Virus record (IMG/VR): IMGVR_UViG_3300045961_000282
Span: 124,001-188,000 of that record
Reading direction: 5' to 3' (one strand)
DNA length: 64,000 nucleotides
Every line of letters starts with the position of its first letter. The stretch's first letter is position 1. Under the pieces are notes generated by a model. The model did not search any database. It saw only the letters and a list, made by a program, of their open reading frames with translations, and had not been told where the DNA came from. Below are positions 35,414 to 45,079 of this stretch, in pieces. The translations under genes were made by a program, and so were the position numbers.

Positions 35414-35809
35414 TCAGCGGTTCGGCGAGAAGTGCGGGTCCTCCGTGAGCAGCACGCCCGCCATCCACGCGGCCATCGCGCCGGGCTGGGGTTCGATGTA
35501 TCCCCGCCACGGCCTGTCGAAGATCATGGCATCTCCTTCATCGCGATAGCGGCTTGCCCCCATCAGCACTTCGCGCCGCCCGTCCGGCAGGCCGGTGCCC
35601 ACCTTGTCGAGCACGGCCACGACGTAGAAGCGCCCCGACCCCCGCATCGGCGAGCGAGCGCGCACGCCCACGTGGCCGTCGGAGAAGGTCTCGACCTTGG
35701 TGACCTCGGCGCCGGGGACCAGCAGCGGGATCAATCGCTTGAGCAGCCAGTAGGGCGGCTCCTCAGCATCCACCGGAGCAGCGGCGCGAAGATCGGCGAG
35801 AAGGCTCAT
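35414..35809 (-). CDS. hypothetical protein
   Basis: ORF with GC3 bias. Confidence 0.6.
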   Translation of the reverse strand: MSLLADLRAAAPVDAEEPPYWLLKRLIPLLVPGAEVTKVETFSDGHVGVRARSPMRGSGRFYVVAVLDKVGTGLPDGRREVLMGASRYRDEGDAMIFDRPWRGYIEPQPGAMAAWMAGVLLTEDPHFSPNR

Positions 35810-35970
35810 GGGTCCTCACGGGAAAAGGGGAGAGCCCCAGTCTACGGGGGGGTCGACTGGGGCTCTCAGGCCGGACGAACGAAGTGTCCCTGATCGACGG
35901 GGGAGCAGATCTGGGTCCTTCATGAGTTCGTGCCGAACAAAAGGAATGCTAACCGAACCCCGCGCTGGGG

Positions 35971-36216
35971 TCAAGCCAGCACGTCGCCGGGCAGCACGGG
36001 GCCAGCGATCCGCTCGCCGTTGACGTCGAGGATCACGATGGGGTTGGGCGCCTCGGAGAACATCGCCGGGCGCACAACGGTGACCAGCGTTCCCTCGATG
36101 GCGAAGTCGCCGCTGTTCAGCCGGATGTACGAACCGACCATCGTCTGGAGCAGGGCGAAGCGCGTCGCTGGGTCATGGGGAAGGACCAGCGGAGCCCGGC
36201 AAGCCGTGGTGCTCAT
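35971..36216 (-). CDS. hypothetical protein
   Basis: RBS GAGAGG before MSTTAC. Confidence 0.6.
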   Translation of the reverse strand: MSTTACRAPLVLPHDPATRFALLQTMVGSYIRLNSGDFAIEGTLVTVVRPAMFSEAPNPIVILDVNGERIAGPVLPGDVLA

Positions 36217-36320
36217 GGTTCCCACCTCTCTCCTTCTCGAGGCTCGAGTCTGATCTCGTGCCCGACAAACCATACTGTCACACAAGAAAAGACCCATGTC
36301 AAGAACAGGCGCGCCAACTT

Positions 36321-36527
36321 TCAACAATCCGATTCCGGCTCCTCGAGCCCCTTCTCAGGCGCGCGCGACCGGCGCCGATTCCACCAGAGACGGATCGGGA
36401 CGATGGCGAAAACGCCGATGGCTAGGGCGATCTCGGCCAGCAGCGACCACACAAGGGTTGCAAACTGATCTGGAGTCAGGGCCAAAGGAAAAGCCCCCTC
36501 GACCAGCAGGTCGAGGGGGCTTTCCAT
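36321..36527 (-). CDS. small membrane protein
   Basis: Hydrophobic helix; RBS GGAG. Confidence 0.5.
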   Translation of the reverse strand: MESPLDLLVEGAFPLALTPDQFATLVWSLLAEIALAIGVFAIVPIRLWWNRRRSRAPEKGLEEPESDC

Positions 36528-36539
36528 GCTTGCTCCGGG

Positions 36540-36689
36540 TTATCGCTCTTTCAGGCCGACGATTGCGAGGACTCCGGCGAACCCAAGGGTGAGCGCGGCG
36601 TCCATGTCGTCAATGACATCGAGGATGCCCAGAACGGATGCTCCAACGCCCATCACCACCGCGGAGATGGTGACGTAGGCAGGTCTCAC
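36540..36689 (-). CDS. small two-TM protein
   Basis: GTGA overlap; hydrophobic. Confidence 0.5.
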   Translation of the reverse strand: MRPAYVTISAVVMGVGASVLGILDVIDDMDAALTLGFAGVLAIVGLKER

Positions 36690-36868
36690 AGTTCTTCGTC
36701 CAGCGTCACCGAGACGACGCGCTGGATCGGGACGGCCAGAACGACGACCCCGACCTCGGGGTCGATGATCTTGGCCCACGCCGGATCAAGGCTGACCTTG
36801 CCCGGTGCGGACTCGGCGAGGATCTTTCCATCACCCTGCTCGTACTCGATGGTCCATGACTGATTCAT
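36686..36868 (-). CDS. 60-aa hypothetical protein
   Basis: A/C-rich leader and AAGGAG RBS. Confidence 0.65.
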   Translation of the reverse strand: MNQSWTIEYEQGDGKILAESAPGKVSLDPAWAKIIDPEVGVVVLAVPIQRVVSVTLDEEL

Positions 36869-37528
36869 TGGGGTGCTCCTTCGTTGGTAGTGGTTGTTGT
36901 TTCACGCAATAGTAGCACCCCGCGCGAGGTCAGGACGAGGAGGCCCTCGCCGCCAACCGTGCCGCGCGCTCAGCCAACTGCGCCTCTCGAGCCGCCCGGC
37001 GCGTCTCGCGCTCCTTCTGCTCGCGCAGTGCGGCGGACATCGATGGGGACTTGGGATCCCACGAACGGACATTGGGAGAGGTGCTGACGGCCATGTTCGA
37101 CTCCGATGCGTGGAAGGTGGGGCGTCCCTGCGTCAGGTCAAGGATACGGATGTCGGGGACGCTGCACCCGGCGATTCCCTACCCTGCCGTGCATGAAGCC
37201 ACAGGATCTGGCCGCCGATGTCCTGTACCTGTCCCTTGCCGTCCCGGTCGCGCTCGCGATGCACGTGGCCATCGGCGCAGTGGAGGGGATCGAGTGGCTC
37301 AAGAGCCTGCGTCCCTGACTGCCGCCGGGGTCGGCGCGCTGGCCGGAGTGATCGCCGCCGCCCTCGCTGGGTACGTCGTGGCCGAGCGGGTGACGACGTG
37401 GATGAGTTCTGTCATGTCCCCGTCGCAGACTGGTTCCAGCACGGATTAGGTGATCCGCACTAGTTCGTGTAGTCTTATTCCTGTGAGCGAGGGAAGTGCC
37501 CCGCTCCTGATCCCTGAGGAGGGACCCC

Positions 37529-37801
37529 ATGTACGAGACCTACGAGGCCGCGATCGACGCGATTCAGGCGCTCATCGACGAGCCGTCCGTCCGTGACGAC
37601 GAGGTTGCCCAGTGCGAGGACTGCCTCCGCTACGGCGACGCTGAGAGCGACGACATGCGCTACGAGGACGAGCCGGGCGTCTGGCAGTGCGAGGAGTGCG
37701 CCGAGGCGTGGCACCGCCAGTGCATCGCGGACGCGCTCTACGACGTGCGCGGTCGCCTCGACTGGCAGGAGCGCACGGGGCGGCTGACTCTCTCCGTCTG
37801 A
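37529..37801 (+). CDS. acidic zinc-ribbon protein in a class-II leader cassette
   Basis: CEDC and CEEC; promoter, leader, RBS and terminator. Confidence 0.7.
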   Translation: MYETYEAAIDAIQALIDEPSVRDDEVAQCEDCLRYGDAESDDMRYEDEPGVWQCEECAEAWHRQCIADALYDVRGRLDWQERTGRLTLSV

Positions 37802-37886
37802 CCCCCCACGGCCCCCCGCTTCGGCGGGGGGCTTTCCCGTGCCCGCCTCGCGTGTGTGCGCGACCGGCGTTGCTAGGCTGCCGAGC

Positions 37887-38117
37887 ATGGCGCACCTCGA
37901 ATACTCCGAGCACTGGGCACGGCTGACTGAGCAGCGGCACGACGCCTACATGGACGCCCTGTACCAAGCGGCGCAGGACGGCGAGGACATGGAAACCCTG
38001 AGCGGCATCCCGTTCTGCGGCGAATGCTCAGAGTGCGAGCGCAGGGAGTCATGGGTGTTCCTGATGATGGAAGCCGTGAAGGCGCACCGCTGCGGGATAT
38101 TGAATCTCGTCGAATAG
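37887..38117 (+). CDS. hypothetical CxxCxxC protein (leaderless)
   Basis: TGC-TAGGCT 7 nt before the ATG. Confidence 0.6.
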   Translation: MAHLEYSEHWARLTEQRHDAYMDALYQAAQDGEDMETLSGIPFCGECSECERRESWVFLMMEAVKAHRCGILNLVE

Positions 38118-38136
38118 GCGTGCTAATATTGTTCCC

Positions 38137-38598
38137 ATGACCACCACCACCATCACCCTCGTCGACGCACCCGAGGTCACCTTCATCTCCGTCGGGGCGC
38201 CCGACGAGGACCTCGTGCAGCCGCTGAAGAACGCCTACTGGCACAAGCCTGAGGGCGGGATCTGGACCTGCCCCGCTGGCGCCGAGGAGAACTGGGCCAA
38301 CTGGTGCGCCACCGAGATGCCCGAGTGGATCGAGGGCACGGACACCTACCGCCTGACGCCGCGCGCCGGGACGCAGGTGGCGGTCATCGACTCGTTCGAT
38401 GACCTGCGCGCCCTGATCGAGGCCTACCCGCTGCGCGACGCGCTGAGCGGGACTGGCCTGAACTTCGAGGCCATGGCCCGCGACTTCGATGGGATCTGGC
38501 TGACCGCCCGTGGCCAGTGGGCCACCCGGTTCACGACCCCCGGCCTGTACGGGTGGGACGTCGAGACCGTGCTTTTCTTCCGGTGGAGTTTCCAGTGA
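38137..38598 (+). CDS. hypothetical protein (leaderless)
   Basis: TGC-TAATAT 7 nt before the ATG; GGIWT and FDGIWLT..G motifs. Confidence 0.7.
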   Translation: MTTTTITLVDAPEVTFISVGAPDEDLVQPLKNAYWHKPEGGIWTCPAGAEENWANWCATEMPEWIEGTDTYRLTPRAGTQVAVIDSFDDLRALIEAYPLRDALSGTGLNFEAMARDFDGIWLTARGQWATRFTTPGLYGWDVETVLFFRWSFQ

Positions 38599-38810
38599 TC
38601 CGCCCTGAGCAGCCCGAGCCCATCGAGGGGCTCTACGACGCCTTCTACGCCGTTGCCCTGCGCGGCAGGGAACTGGGCTCCGGCCCCTTCGATGGCGCGC
38701 TGTCCACCCTGCCCGATGGAGTGGTGGAGTACCTCGTTGCCATGAACATCCCCGTCGAGAACGCCAAGGGGATCGCCATGGGCATCGCCATCGGGCGGCT
38801 GCTTCCATAG
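38595..38810 (+). CDS. hypothetical protein
   Basis: GTGA overlap. Confidence 0.55.
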   Translation: MIRPEQPEPIEGLYDAFYAVALRGRELGSGPFDGALSTLPDGVVEYLVAMNIPVENAKGIAMGIAIGRLLP

Positions 38811-38993
38811 GCGCACACACGCGCGCACCACCGTCAAGAGCGCCCGCACCGTCAAGGTGAAGTGACCCTGAACCTTCCCAAGAAGGCCCCCGCTTCGGCG
38901 GGGGCCTTCGTCGTCTCCGAGAGTTGCTGTTCCTGAGGTTCCTGTGCTATGGTTTACCTACCAACACAACCACCACCACGAAAGGAGGCCCTC

Positions 38994-39443
38994 ATGAGGG
39001 ACGCAGTGATCATCGACGTTGATGGCACCCTTGCGAACGTCTCCGGCATTCGACATCACGTTCGTAAAACTGCGGATCATCCCTTCAAGGACTTCTCGAA
39101 GTTCCATGCCGAGAGCGTCGATTGCCCGCCGAACGAGCAGGCCGTGGCCATCGCCCGCGAGGCGCACGAGGCCGGGCTGGCCGTGCTGATCGTCACCGCC
39201 CGCCGAGCGATGTGGCGCCACCACACCGCGTGGTTCCTCGCCCTGCACGACATCCCCAGCGACGCGCTGTTCATGCGCGGCAACGACGACCACCGCCGCG
39301 ATGTCGAGGTCAAACGCGACATCCTCGCCCAGATCCGCACCCGGTGGAACCCGGTGCACGCCGTGGACGACAATCCAAGCATTTTGGCGCTCTGGGCCTC
39401 CGAGGGGATTCCGACCACCGTGATCCCCGGCTGGGAGGACTGA
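38994..39443 (+). CDS. HAD-family phosphatase (PseT/polynucleotide 3'-phosphatase-like)
   Basis: IIDVDGTLA, IVTAR, LFMR..D.R.D..VK, AVDDNP. Confidence 0.85.
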   Translation: MRDAVIIDVDGTLANVSGIRHHVRKTADHPFKDFSKFHAESVDCPPNEQAVAIAREAHEAGLAVLIVTARRAMWRHHTAWFLALHDIPSDALFMRGNDDHRRDVEVKRDILAQIRTRWNPVHAVDDNPSILALWASEGIPTTVIPGWED

Positions 39444-39456
39444 GTACCATATCTTT

Positions 39457-40029
39457 ATGGACCGAGTCGTTATGTGTTCCTACTGTGGCGAAAAGCCAAT
39501 AAAGGCTAATGGTCTGTGCTCTGGACATGCAGAGCAAATGCGATTAGGCAAGGAACTTAGGCCACTAGGCCGCAGGCGGCTCTGGTGGAATCCTGAATCC
39601 GTTCTGATCGACTACTCCAAACGCGATGCAGAAACAGGTTGTCTCATCTGGACCGCTGTCAAGAATCAGGCTGGATATGGCCTCTGCACCCTCGGCCTCG
39701 CTCACCGCGTCTCCTACAGAACATGGGTTGGCCCGATCCCCGAGGGCCTCTACGTCCTTCATCACTGCGACAACCCGCCATGCATCGAGCCGACTCACCT
39801 CTACGCCGGAACGCAGGCCGACAACATGCGGGACATGTACGCGCGCGACCGGCAACGACACTCTCCCCGACCCGGCGAAGCGAACCCCGCCGCGAAACTG
39901 ACCGAGGCGCAGGTGCTTGCCATCCGTGCCGACACCCGACCACAGCGCGCCATCGCGAAGGACTACAGGATCACGCAAGCGATGGTCAGTCTCATCAAGC
40001 GTCGAGAGAAGTGGACACACCTGCCATAG
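39457..40029 (+). CDS. HNH homing-type endonuclease
   Basis: AHRVSY, VLHHCDNPPCIEPTHL.AGT.ADN, KLTEAQV.AIR. Confidence 0.9.
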   Translation: MDRVVMCSYCGEKPIKANGLCSGHAEQMRLGKELRPLGRRRLWWNPESVLIDYSKRDAETGCLIWTAVKNQAGYGLCTLGLAHRVSYRTWVGPIPEGLYVLHHCDNPPCIEPTHLYAGTQADNMRDMYARDRQRHSPRPGEANPAAKLTEAQVLAIRADTRPQRAIAKDYRITQAMVSLIKRREKWTHLP

Positions 40030-40082
40030 ACGTGCTATGGTTTACCTACCAACACAACAACCACCAGAAAGAAGGAACTTCA

Positions 40083-40217
40083 ATGAAGTGGACTGGGGCA
40101 GATGATGTCCTTGCCGAGATACGCCGCGTCAACATCGCCTACCTCGAACACGAACTGCTCGACCCCCCGTACCTGCACACGGACCTGTGCAGGATCTGCT
40201 TCCCGCGCATCCGCTGA
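40083..40217 (+). CDS. 44-aa peptide
   Basis: Promoter and leader nearly identical to those at 38945; RBS. Confidence 0.55.
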   Translation: MKWTGADDVLAEIRRVNIAYLEHELLDPPYLHTDLCRICFPRIR

Positions 40218-40236
40218 CTCGACTGAGAGGAGTGAC

Positions 40237-40431
40237 ATGAAAACCGGCTTCGAGAACTACCACACCGATGCCCTCGCGTGGTGGGTGTGGCACATGGACA
40301 ACGACGGCTGCGAACGCTGCCCGGACGGCACCTCCCCCGAGGTCGCCGAGCGGGTCCGCGCCGAGTGGGCCACCCGCTCACAGGTCCTGCCCCGGCACCT
40401 GCGGGACGGGCGGTTCGACCGCATCCGCTGA
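40237..40431 (+). CDS. 64-aa hypothetical protein
   Basis: RBS GAGGAG. Confidence 0.55.
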   Translation: MKTGFENYHTDALAWWVWHMDNDGCERCPDGTSPEVAERVRAEWATRSQVLPRHLRDGRFDRIR

Positions 40432-40612
40432 CCAGCGCCCCGGCTTCCTCACGGAGGTCGGGGCGCTCTCGTGTGTACGTGCGCGCGACCGGCTCGTCGA
40501 TCGCTCGAGCCCCACCTCGACGACTTCGGGGGTCGTATGGTTCGGTTTGCATTAGGGCACCGCGGTCTGTATAGTTGTAGCCATCACCACCACCACGACG
40601 AAAGGAACTGAC

Positions 40613-40843
40613 ATGGTGAAGATTGAGTTCGAGACGAACAACGAGGCGTTCGCCGACGCCCCCGGCATCGAGATCGCCCGCATCCTGCGGCGGCTCGCCG
40701 ACACGCTGGAGCCTGCCATGGGCGGCGACTGGGGACCCCTGCTCATCAAGGACACCCTCGGCAACACGGTGGGCGCCGCGCGGGTGCAGGTGTGCCGCTC
40801 CGACTGCCTGCTGGCCGACGGTCACCCCGGCGAGTGCGTCTGA
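40613..40843 (+). CDS. hypothetical protein
   Basis: TTGCAT/TATAGT promoter, A/C leader, RBS; NEAFAD..EIARIL..D.LGNTVG pattern. Confidence 0.7.
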   Translation: MVKIEFETNNEAFADAPGIEIARILRRLADTLEPAMGGDWGPLLIKDTLGNTVGAARVQVCRSDCLLADGHPGECV

Positions 40844-40918
40844 GTTTGACATGGGCAGGCGATAGGCGTAATGTTAGTCATGTAAGAACAACAACACCAC
40901 AGAGAGAGCGAGAATGAG

Positions 40919-41146
40919 ATGACGTTCACGATGGACCTGCGCGGTTCGGGGGTCTACTCCTACGACGAGGAAGTCGCCATCGAGTGTGAGTGCGGCTCCA
41001 CGGAGGGCACCCGGTTCGTTGACGACTGGAAGGTCGCAGTAGTCACCTGCGACAACTGCCAGATGGAGCAGCCCGAGGAGGACGACGAGGACCCCGACTA
41101 CGCGCGGGACCTTTGGTTGGAGCAGGAGTACGAGGACCGCTACTGA
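40919..41146 (+). CDS. acidic zinc-ribbon protein
   Basis: CECG and CDNC; TTGACA promoter. Confidence 0.65.
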   Translation: MTFTMDLRGSGVYSYDEEVAIECECGSTEGTRFVDDWKVAVVTCDNCQMEQPEEDDEDPDYARDLWLEQEYEDRY

Positions 41147-41256
41147 CCCCGAAGGCCCCCGGGAAACCGGGGGCCTTCGTCATTGCCGCGTTTGACGTTT
41201 GACACAACGGGCATACTGGAATGAGCACGACCACCAACAACACGAAAGGACCACCT

Positions 41257-42222
41257 ATGAGCATCCGCACTGACACCTATGCGCTGGCCACGTCGGCTGG
41301 CCGCAAGCCCGGCACGCCGGGCCACGACGACGCGGTGGCCTACCTGCGCTGCCGCTTCGCCGACCTCGACCTGCTTCCCTACAGGGACACCGACGACTGG
41401 GAGCACTCCTACACCGCCAAGGCGCGCGGCAGGCGCGTCACCATGACCAACCTGATCGGCGTGATCCCCGGCACCGACCGCACGCTGGCGCCCATCGTGA
41501 TCGGCGCGCACTATGACTCGGTGATCGAGTCCTACTGCGCCGACGACAACGCCTCGTCCGTGGCAGTCGTCCTCAACGTGGCCGAGCGCCTGAGCGCCGC
41601 GCCCCTGCGCCGCGACGTGGTGATCGCCGCGTTCGATGGTGAGGAACCGCCGTTCTTCCACTCTCCCGCGATGGGATCGACCCGTCTGGTGGAGGACGTG
41701 CTGGGCGAGGTCCACCTTGCCATCGTCATGGACCTGATCGGCCACCCGACCACACTACCCGGCACCGACCCGCACCTGTCCGTGGTGACCGGCGTCGAGT
41801 CGCACCCGAACCTGCGCAGCGCGCTGATCGGGGTTGACCTGCCGCTGCTGGTCGTGGACAACAAGCGGGTCGGCGACATGAGCGACCACCACGCCTTCCG
41901 GCTGGCGGGCAAGCCGTTCCTGTTCCTGTCCTCCGGCGAGTGGGAGCACTACCACACCGAGGACGACCTGCCCGAGTACCTCGACTACACGAAGTTGCAG
42001 CGGGTCGCCGATGCTGTCGAGCGGTTCGCCCGCAACGCCGACGTGGTGGAACTGGGCGCTGCGCAGCCGCACGACATTGAGGACTTGGAGGCGGCGCGCT
42101 TCGACACCCACCTGCCCGCCGACCTCATCGAGCCGCTGCGCCACGGGGTGTCCACCCGCGAGGCCCTGCCGTACATCATCGGCGGACTGCGGGCGTCGAT
42201 GTGGGGCGAGCGGTTCGCCTAA
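41257..42222 (+). CDS. M28-family metallopeptidase
   Basis: GAHYDS, ADDNASS, FDGEE, MDLIG, SDH..F, YHT.DD. Confidence 0.88.
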   Translation: MSIRTDTYALATSAGRKPGTPGHDDAVAYLRCRFADLDLLPYRDTDDWEHSYTAKARGRRVTMTNLIGVIPGTDRTLAPIVIGAHYDSVIESYCADDNASSVAVVLNVAERLSAAPLRRDVVIAAFDGEEPPFFHSPAMGSTRLVEDVLGEVHLAIVMDLIGHPTTLPGTDPHLSVVTGVESHPNLRSALIGVDLPLLVVDNKRVGDMSDHHAFRLAGKPFLFLSSGEWEHYHTEDDLPEYLDYTKLQRVADAVERFARNADVVELGAAQPHDIEDLEAARFDTHLPADLIEPLRHGVSTREALPYIIGGLRASMWGERFA

Positions 42223-42301
42223 CTTGCTCTCTGCCACTGGCAGCGGTATAGTTGTCGGTGTGAGCGAGGGAGAGTCCCCCGCCGAACCGGAAGGAAACCT
42301 C

Positions 42302-42466
42302 ATGGCGAAGAACAGGGTGCCCGCGGGCGCCACGGCCAAGACGCCCGCGCAGGTGCAGGCCACTCTGGCCCTGCGCACCAGCGGAGCCAGCGGGCGGCAC
42401 GACTCGCGCCCGAAGCGGGCCAGAACCCGCGCCGCCAGCAAGCGTGCGGCCCTGCGGGAGTTCTAG
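42302..42466 (+). CDS. 54-aa basic peptide in a class-II leader cassette
   Basis: Promoter, leader, RBS and terminator; R/K-rich. Confidence 0.6.
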   Translation: MAKNRVPAGATAKTPAQVQATLALRTSGASGRHDSRPKRARTRAASKRAALREF

Positions 42467-42579
42467 TCCCCCCAGCCAGAAGCCCCAGCGAAACCCGCTG
42501 GGGCTTCTTGACTTTTGGGGCCAGAATCGGTATCGTAGATACGCGATAGAGAACACGACCAACACGAAAGGACAACGAC

Positions 42580-43326
42580 ATGACGACGACTGAACGCAAC
42601 GAGCGGATCGTTCAACTGGCCGCTGACGGCTGGACCCTAGCAGCGATCGGCACCGAGGTCGGGCTGACTCGCGAACGAGTGCGCCAGATCCTCAACGACC
42701 ACGGCACGCGCACCCTGCGCCACGACGACCTGCTGGCCAAGGCAGCCGCCGACTGGCGGGCGAGCGGGCAGGTCAGGCACGCGCACGACGTGCTGCGCGA
42801 GCACCGCCTCGCAGCCAACAGCCGCAACATCGCGATGCTGCGCCGGGCCGTGCCGGAACTGTGCCTGCCCGCCAGCCGCGAGCAGGCCACGACATGGACC
42901 GAGGGCGCCATCGTCTCCGCGGTGCGTGACCTCGCCCGCCAGCACGGGTTCGACTTCGCGGGCGGCTGGATGCGGCTGAAGGACTACACCCGCCTGCGCG
43001 GCCCGCACGACCCCGCCCCGGCGACCATCGGTGCGAACTTCCTGTGGAGCGATATCGCGGTGAAGGCGGGCTTCAACCCGGCCAACGCCCCGCGGCGCGG
43101 GCGGCGCGGCGGCACGCGGCCCCGGCAGATCGCGCAGGCCGACCTCGACAACGCCGTGCTGGACTACATCGGCAGCGGCGAGCGGCTGAGCGCGGCGGGC
43201 TTTGAGCAGTACCTGAAGGACCGCCCCCACCTGCCGTCGATGGCCACGATCCGCAACCGCTTCCGCGCGGAGGGGATCAACACCATCGCCGGAATCTTCA
43301 CCGACGTGCAGGAACGGCTCGGCTGA
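42580..43326 (+). CDS. DNA-binding protein: sigma70 region-4-like HTH plus homing-endonuclease-associated repeats
   Basis: TLAAIGTEVGLTRERVRQI; WTEGAIVSAV..PATI..W..AG; PSMATIRNRF. Confidence 0.65.
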   Translation: MTTTERNERIVQLAADGWTLAAIGTEVGLTRERVRQILNDHGTRTLRHDDLLAKAAADWRASGQVRHAHDVLREHRLAANSRNIAMLRRAVPELCLPASREQATTWTEGAIVSAVRDLARQHGFDFAGGWMRLKDYTRLRGPHDPAPATIGANFLWSDIAVKAGFNPANAPRRGRRGGTRPRQIAQADLDNAVLDYIGSGERLSAAGFEQYLKDRPHLPSMATIRNRFRAEGINTIAGIFTDVQERLG

Positions 43327-43565
43327 TCCGAACCGAACGCCCCCGACTCCGGTGAGAAGTCGGGGGCGTTCGCGTATACGCGCGCGACCGGCGCTCGAGG
43401 ACGTCCGGCCGCCGAAGTCGACGAGTTCGGCGGCCGTATGGTTTGCGGACCCTTCGGCCCTTCAGGGCCCTTCGGTCCTTTGGGACCCTTTTTGACAGGG
43501 CCAGCCGCATCCCGTATTGTTGTAGTCACAACAGCACGACCAACAACACCACAGAGGAGAACGAC

Positions 43566-43808
43566 ATGGCACGCATCACGTGCGCCCACTGCAAGCAGAC
43601 CCACGCCACGGTGGCCGAGGTTCGCGAATGCGCCTACGAGCAGTACGAGGGCGAGGCACAGGCCCGCGCCGAGCACGAGGCCGAGATGGCCATCGAGCGG
43701 TACTTCGAGGATCGCGGGTGGTACGAGGCGGCGTTGCAGGAGGAGATGGAGGCCCGCATGGGCGTCATCGGATTCGCCGAAGCAATGGCCTTGGCCGAAG
43801 GCCGCTGA
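43566..43808 (+). CDS. hypothetical zinc-binding protein
   Basis: CAHC..H...EVREC; promoter and RBS. Confidence 0.65.
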   Translation: MARITCAHCKQTHATVAEVRECAYEQYEGEAQARAEHEAEMAIERYFEDRGWYEAALQEEMEARMGVIGFAEAMALAEGR

Positions 43809-43903
43809 ACAGCACGGAGCCCCGGTTCCCCATCAAGGGAACCGGGGCTTCGTCGTTGGTGCAGGAGCCCGGCACTGTCGCTTCAATGCCGGGCTCCTGC
43901 GGC

Positions 43904-44230
43904 CTACTTGGCGAACAGCCGCAGGATGTTGGTGCGGCGCATCAGCGCCTTGTCGTCGCGGTCCATCCGCCCCAAGCCGGTGAAGGTGTAACCCTTCTCG
44001 TAGGCGTAGGTGCCAGTCACGATGTAGCCATTGCGATCCAGAATCTGCTTGCGCCGCGACTCGCACACGGTGCAGACCAGCACGCGCTCAACGTCGCCGC
44101 CCGGCAGCCATGCCGCCGAGTCAGGCTTCCAGTTGTGGCCCATGTCCCGACAGGCGAGGAATGGATCGGGGTAGCGCTTGAGAATGTCAGCGACCTTCTG
44201 CGAATGCAGGTTCTTCTTCGGGGAAGCCAT
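43904..44230 (-). CDS. hypothetical zinc-binding protein (leaderless)
   Basis: CRD.GH.W and CTVC; TAGCAT -10. Confidence 0.65.
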   Translation of the reverse strand: MASPKKNLHSQKVADILKRYPDPFLACRDMGHNWKPDSAAWLPGGDVERVLVCTVCESRRKQILDRNGYIVTGTYAYEKGYTFTGLGRMDRDDKALMRRTNILRLFAK

Positions 44231-44254
44231 GAGCGTGATGCTATCACAGGCCTA

Positions 44255-45037
44255 TCAAGGCTCCACGCTGGTCAGCCACGCCCACGACTTGCCGTTCTTG
44301 ATGTTGCTAACCGTCGCCTGAGATACCTCGAAGTTCCTTGCGATGACGGGTTGTAGGTCCGTCGAACGATAGATCGCCAGAACCACATCTTCAGTCAGTT
44401 TTGCCCGACTGCGCTTCGGCTTCGGTGCACCGGTCGGTCTGGTCAAGTGTGCCCACGTGTTTCCGTAACGGATGTTTTTGACCGTTGATAATCCAATCCC
44501 GTAGGACTGCGCGATGTTTGCATGAGAGTCGGGCGAGTGATAAATCGCCAGCACGATCTCATCGGTGAGTTTGGCCCGAGGGCTGCGTCCGCCTCTCAGG
44601 ATGTTTCCATCAGCCTCTCGGTCCGCCATGTTCTCAAGGACTGTCCCCCACGCGAGATGGTTCGGATTGACGCACCAGCGGGTCTCGGACCCGCACTTGT
44701 GTAACGCCTGCTTGCCTTCCGGGCAGGGCCCATTGAGGAGAGTGCATGCATACCGGTGGGCGCGATGCTTCTCGTTCTTATAGGAGAAGGACGAGTACCC
44801 ATCCTGATCCACCTTGCCGGTCCAAACCCAATGGTCCTCGGGCTCATCACCGGGCTGCGCGTAGAACCAGAATGCCTCCTCGATGGAGGTAAACGCGGGA
44901 TGGAGCCGCTCGAAACCATCTCCCTCATGCCATCGCCACCGCTGGTAGTGCTTCTTGCACATCCCCCGAGCCTCGTGCGGCAGCGCGCAGGGCCGTCCAT
45001 CTGTAACAACCTCACATGCACGGGATGCTCTCGCCAT
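44255..45037 (-). CDS. HNH homing-type endonuclease with a duplicated C-terminal HTH
   Basis: GMCKKHYQRW, AHRY, ALHKC..WCVNPNHL.WGT..EN, KLT..V.AIY x2. Confidence 0.9.
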   Translation of the reverse strand: MARASRACEVVTDGRPCALPHEARGMCKKHYQRWRWHEGDGFERLHPAFTSIEEAFWFYAQPGDEPEDHWVWTGKVDQDGYSSFSYKNEKHRAHRYACTLLNGPCPEGKQALHKCGSETRWCVNPNHLAWGTVLENMADREADGNILRGGRSPRAKLTDEIVLAIYHSPDSHANIAQSYGIGLSTVKNIRYGNTWAHLTRPTGAPKPKRSRAKLTEDVVLAIYRSTDLQPVIARNFEVSQATVSNIKNGKSWAWLTSVEP

Positions 45038-45079
45038 GGGCTCTACCGTACATTACAGTCCGATGGATCGCCAGAACCA

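Larger units (their letters stand above)
21536..42278. promoter_or_regulatory. class-II 5' leader TGAGC(G)AGGG(A/G)..AG.CCC, six copies
   Basis: 21536(-), 22677, 28704, 35173, 37484 and 42261; each starts 7-8 nt after a TAnnnT -10. Confidence 0.8.

Noticed and set aside
43164-43676. Collagen-like GPK repeat protein on the minus strand
   Set aside because: The ORF crosses two well-supported plus-strand genes and a promoter; the repeat is better explained as DNA-level.
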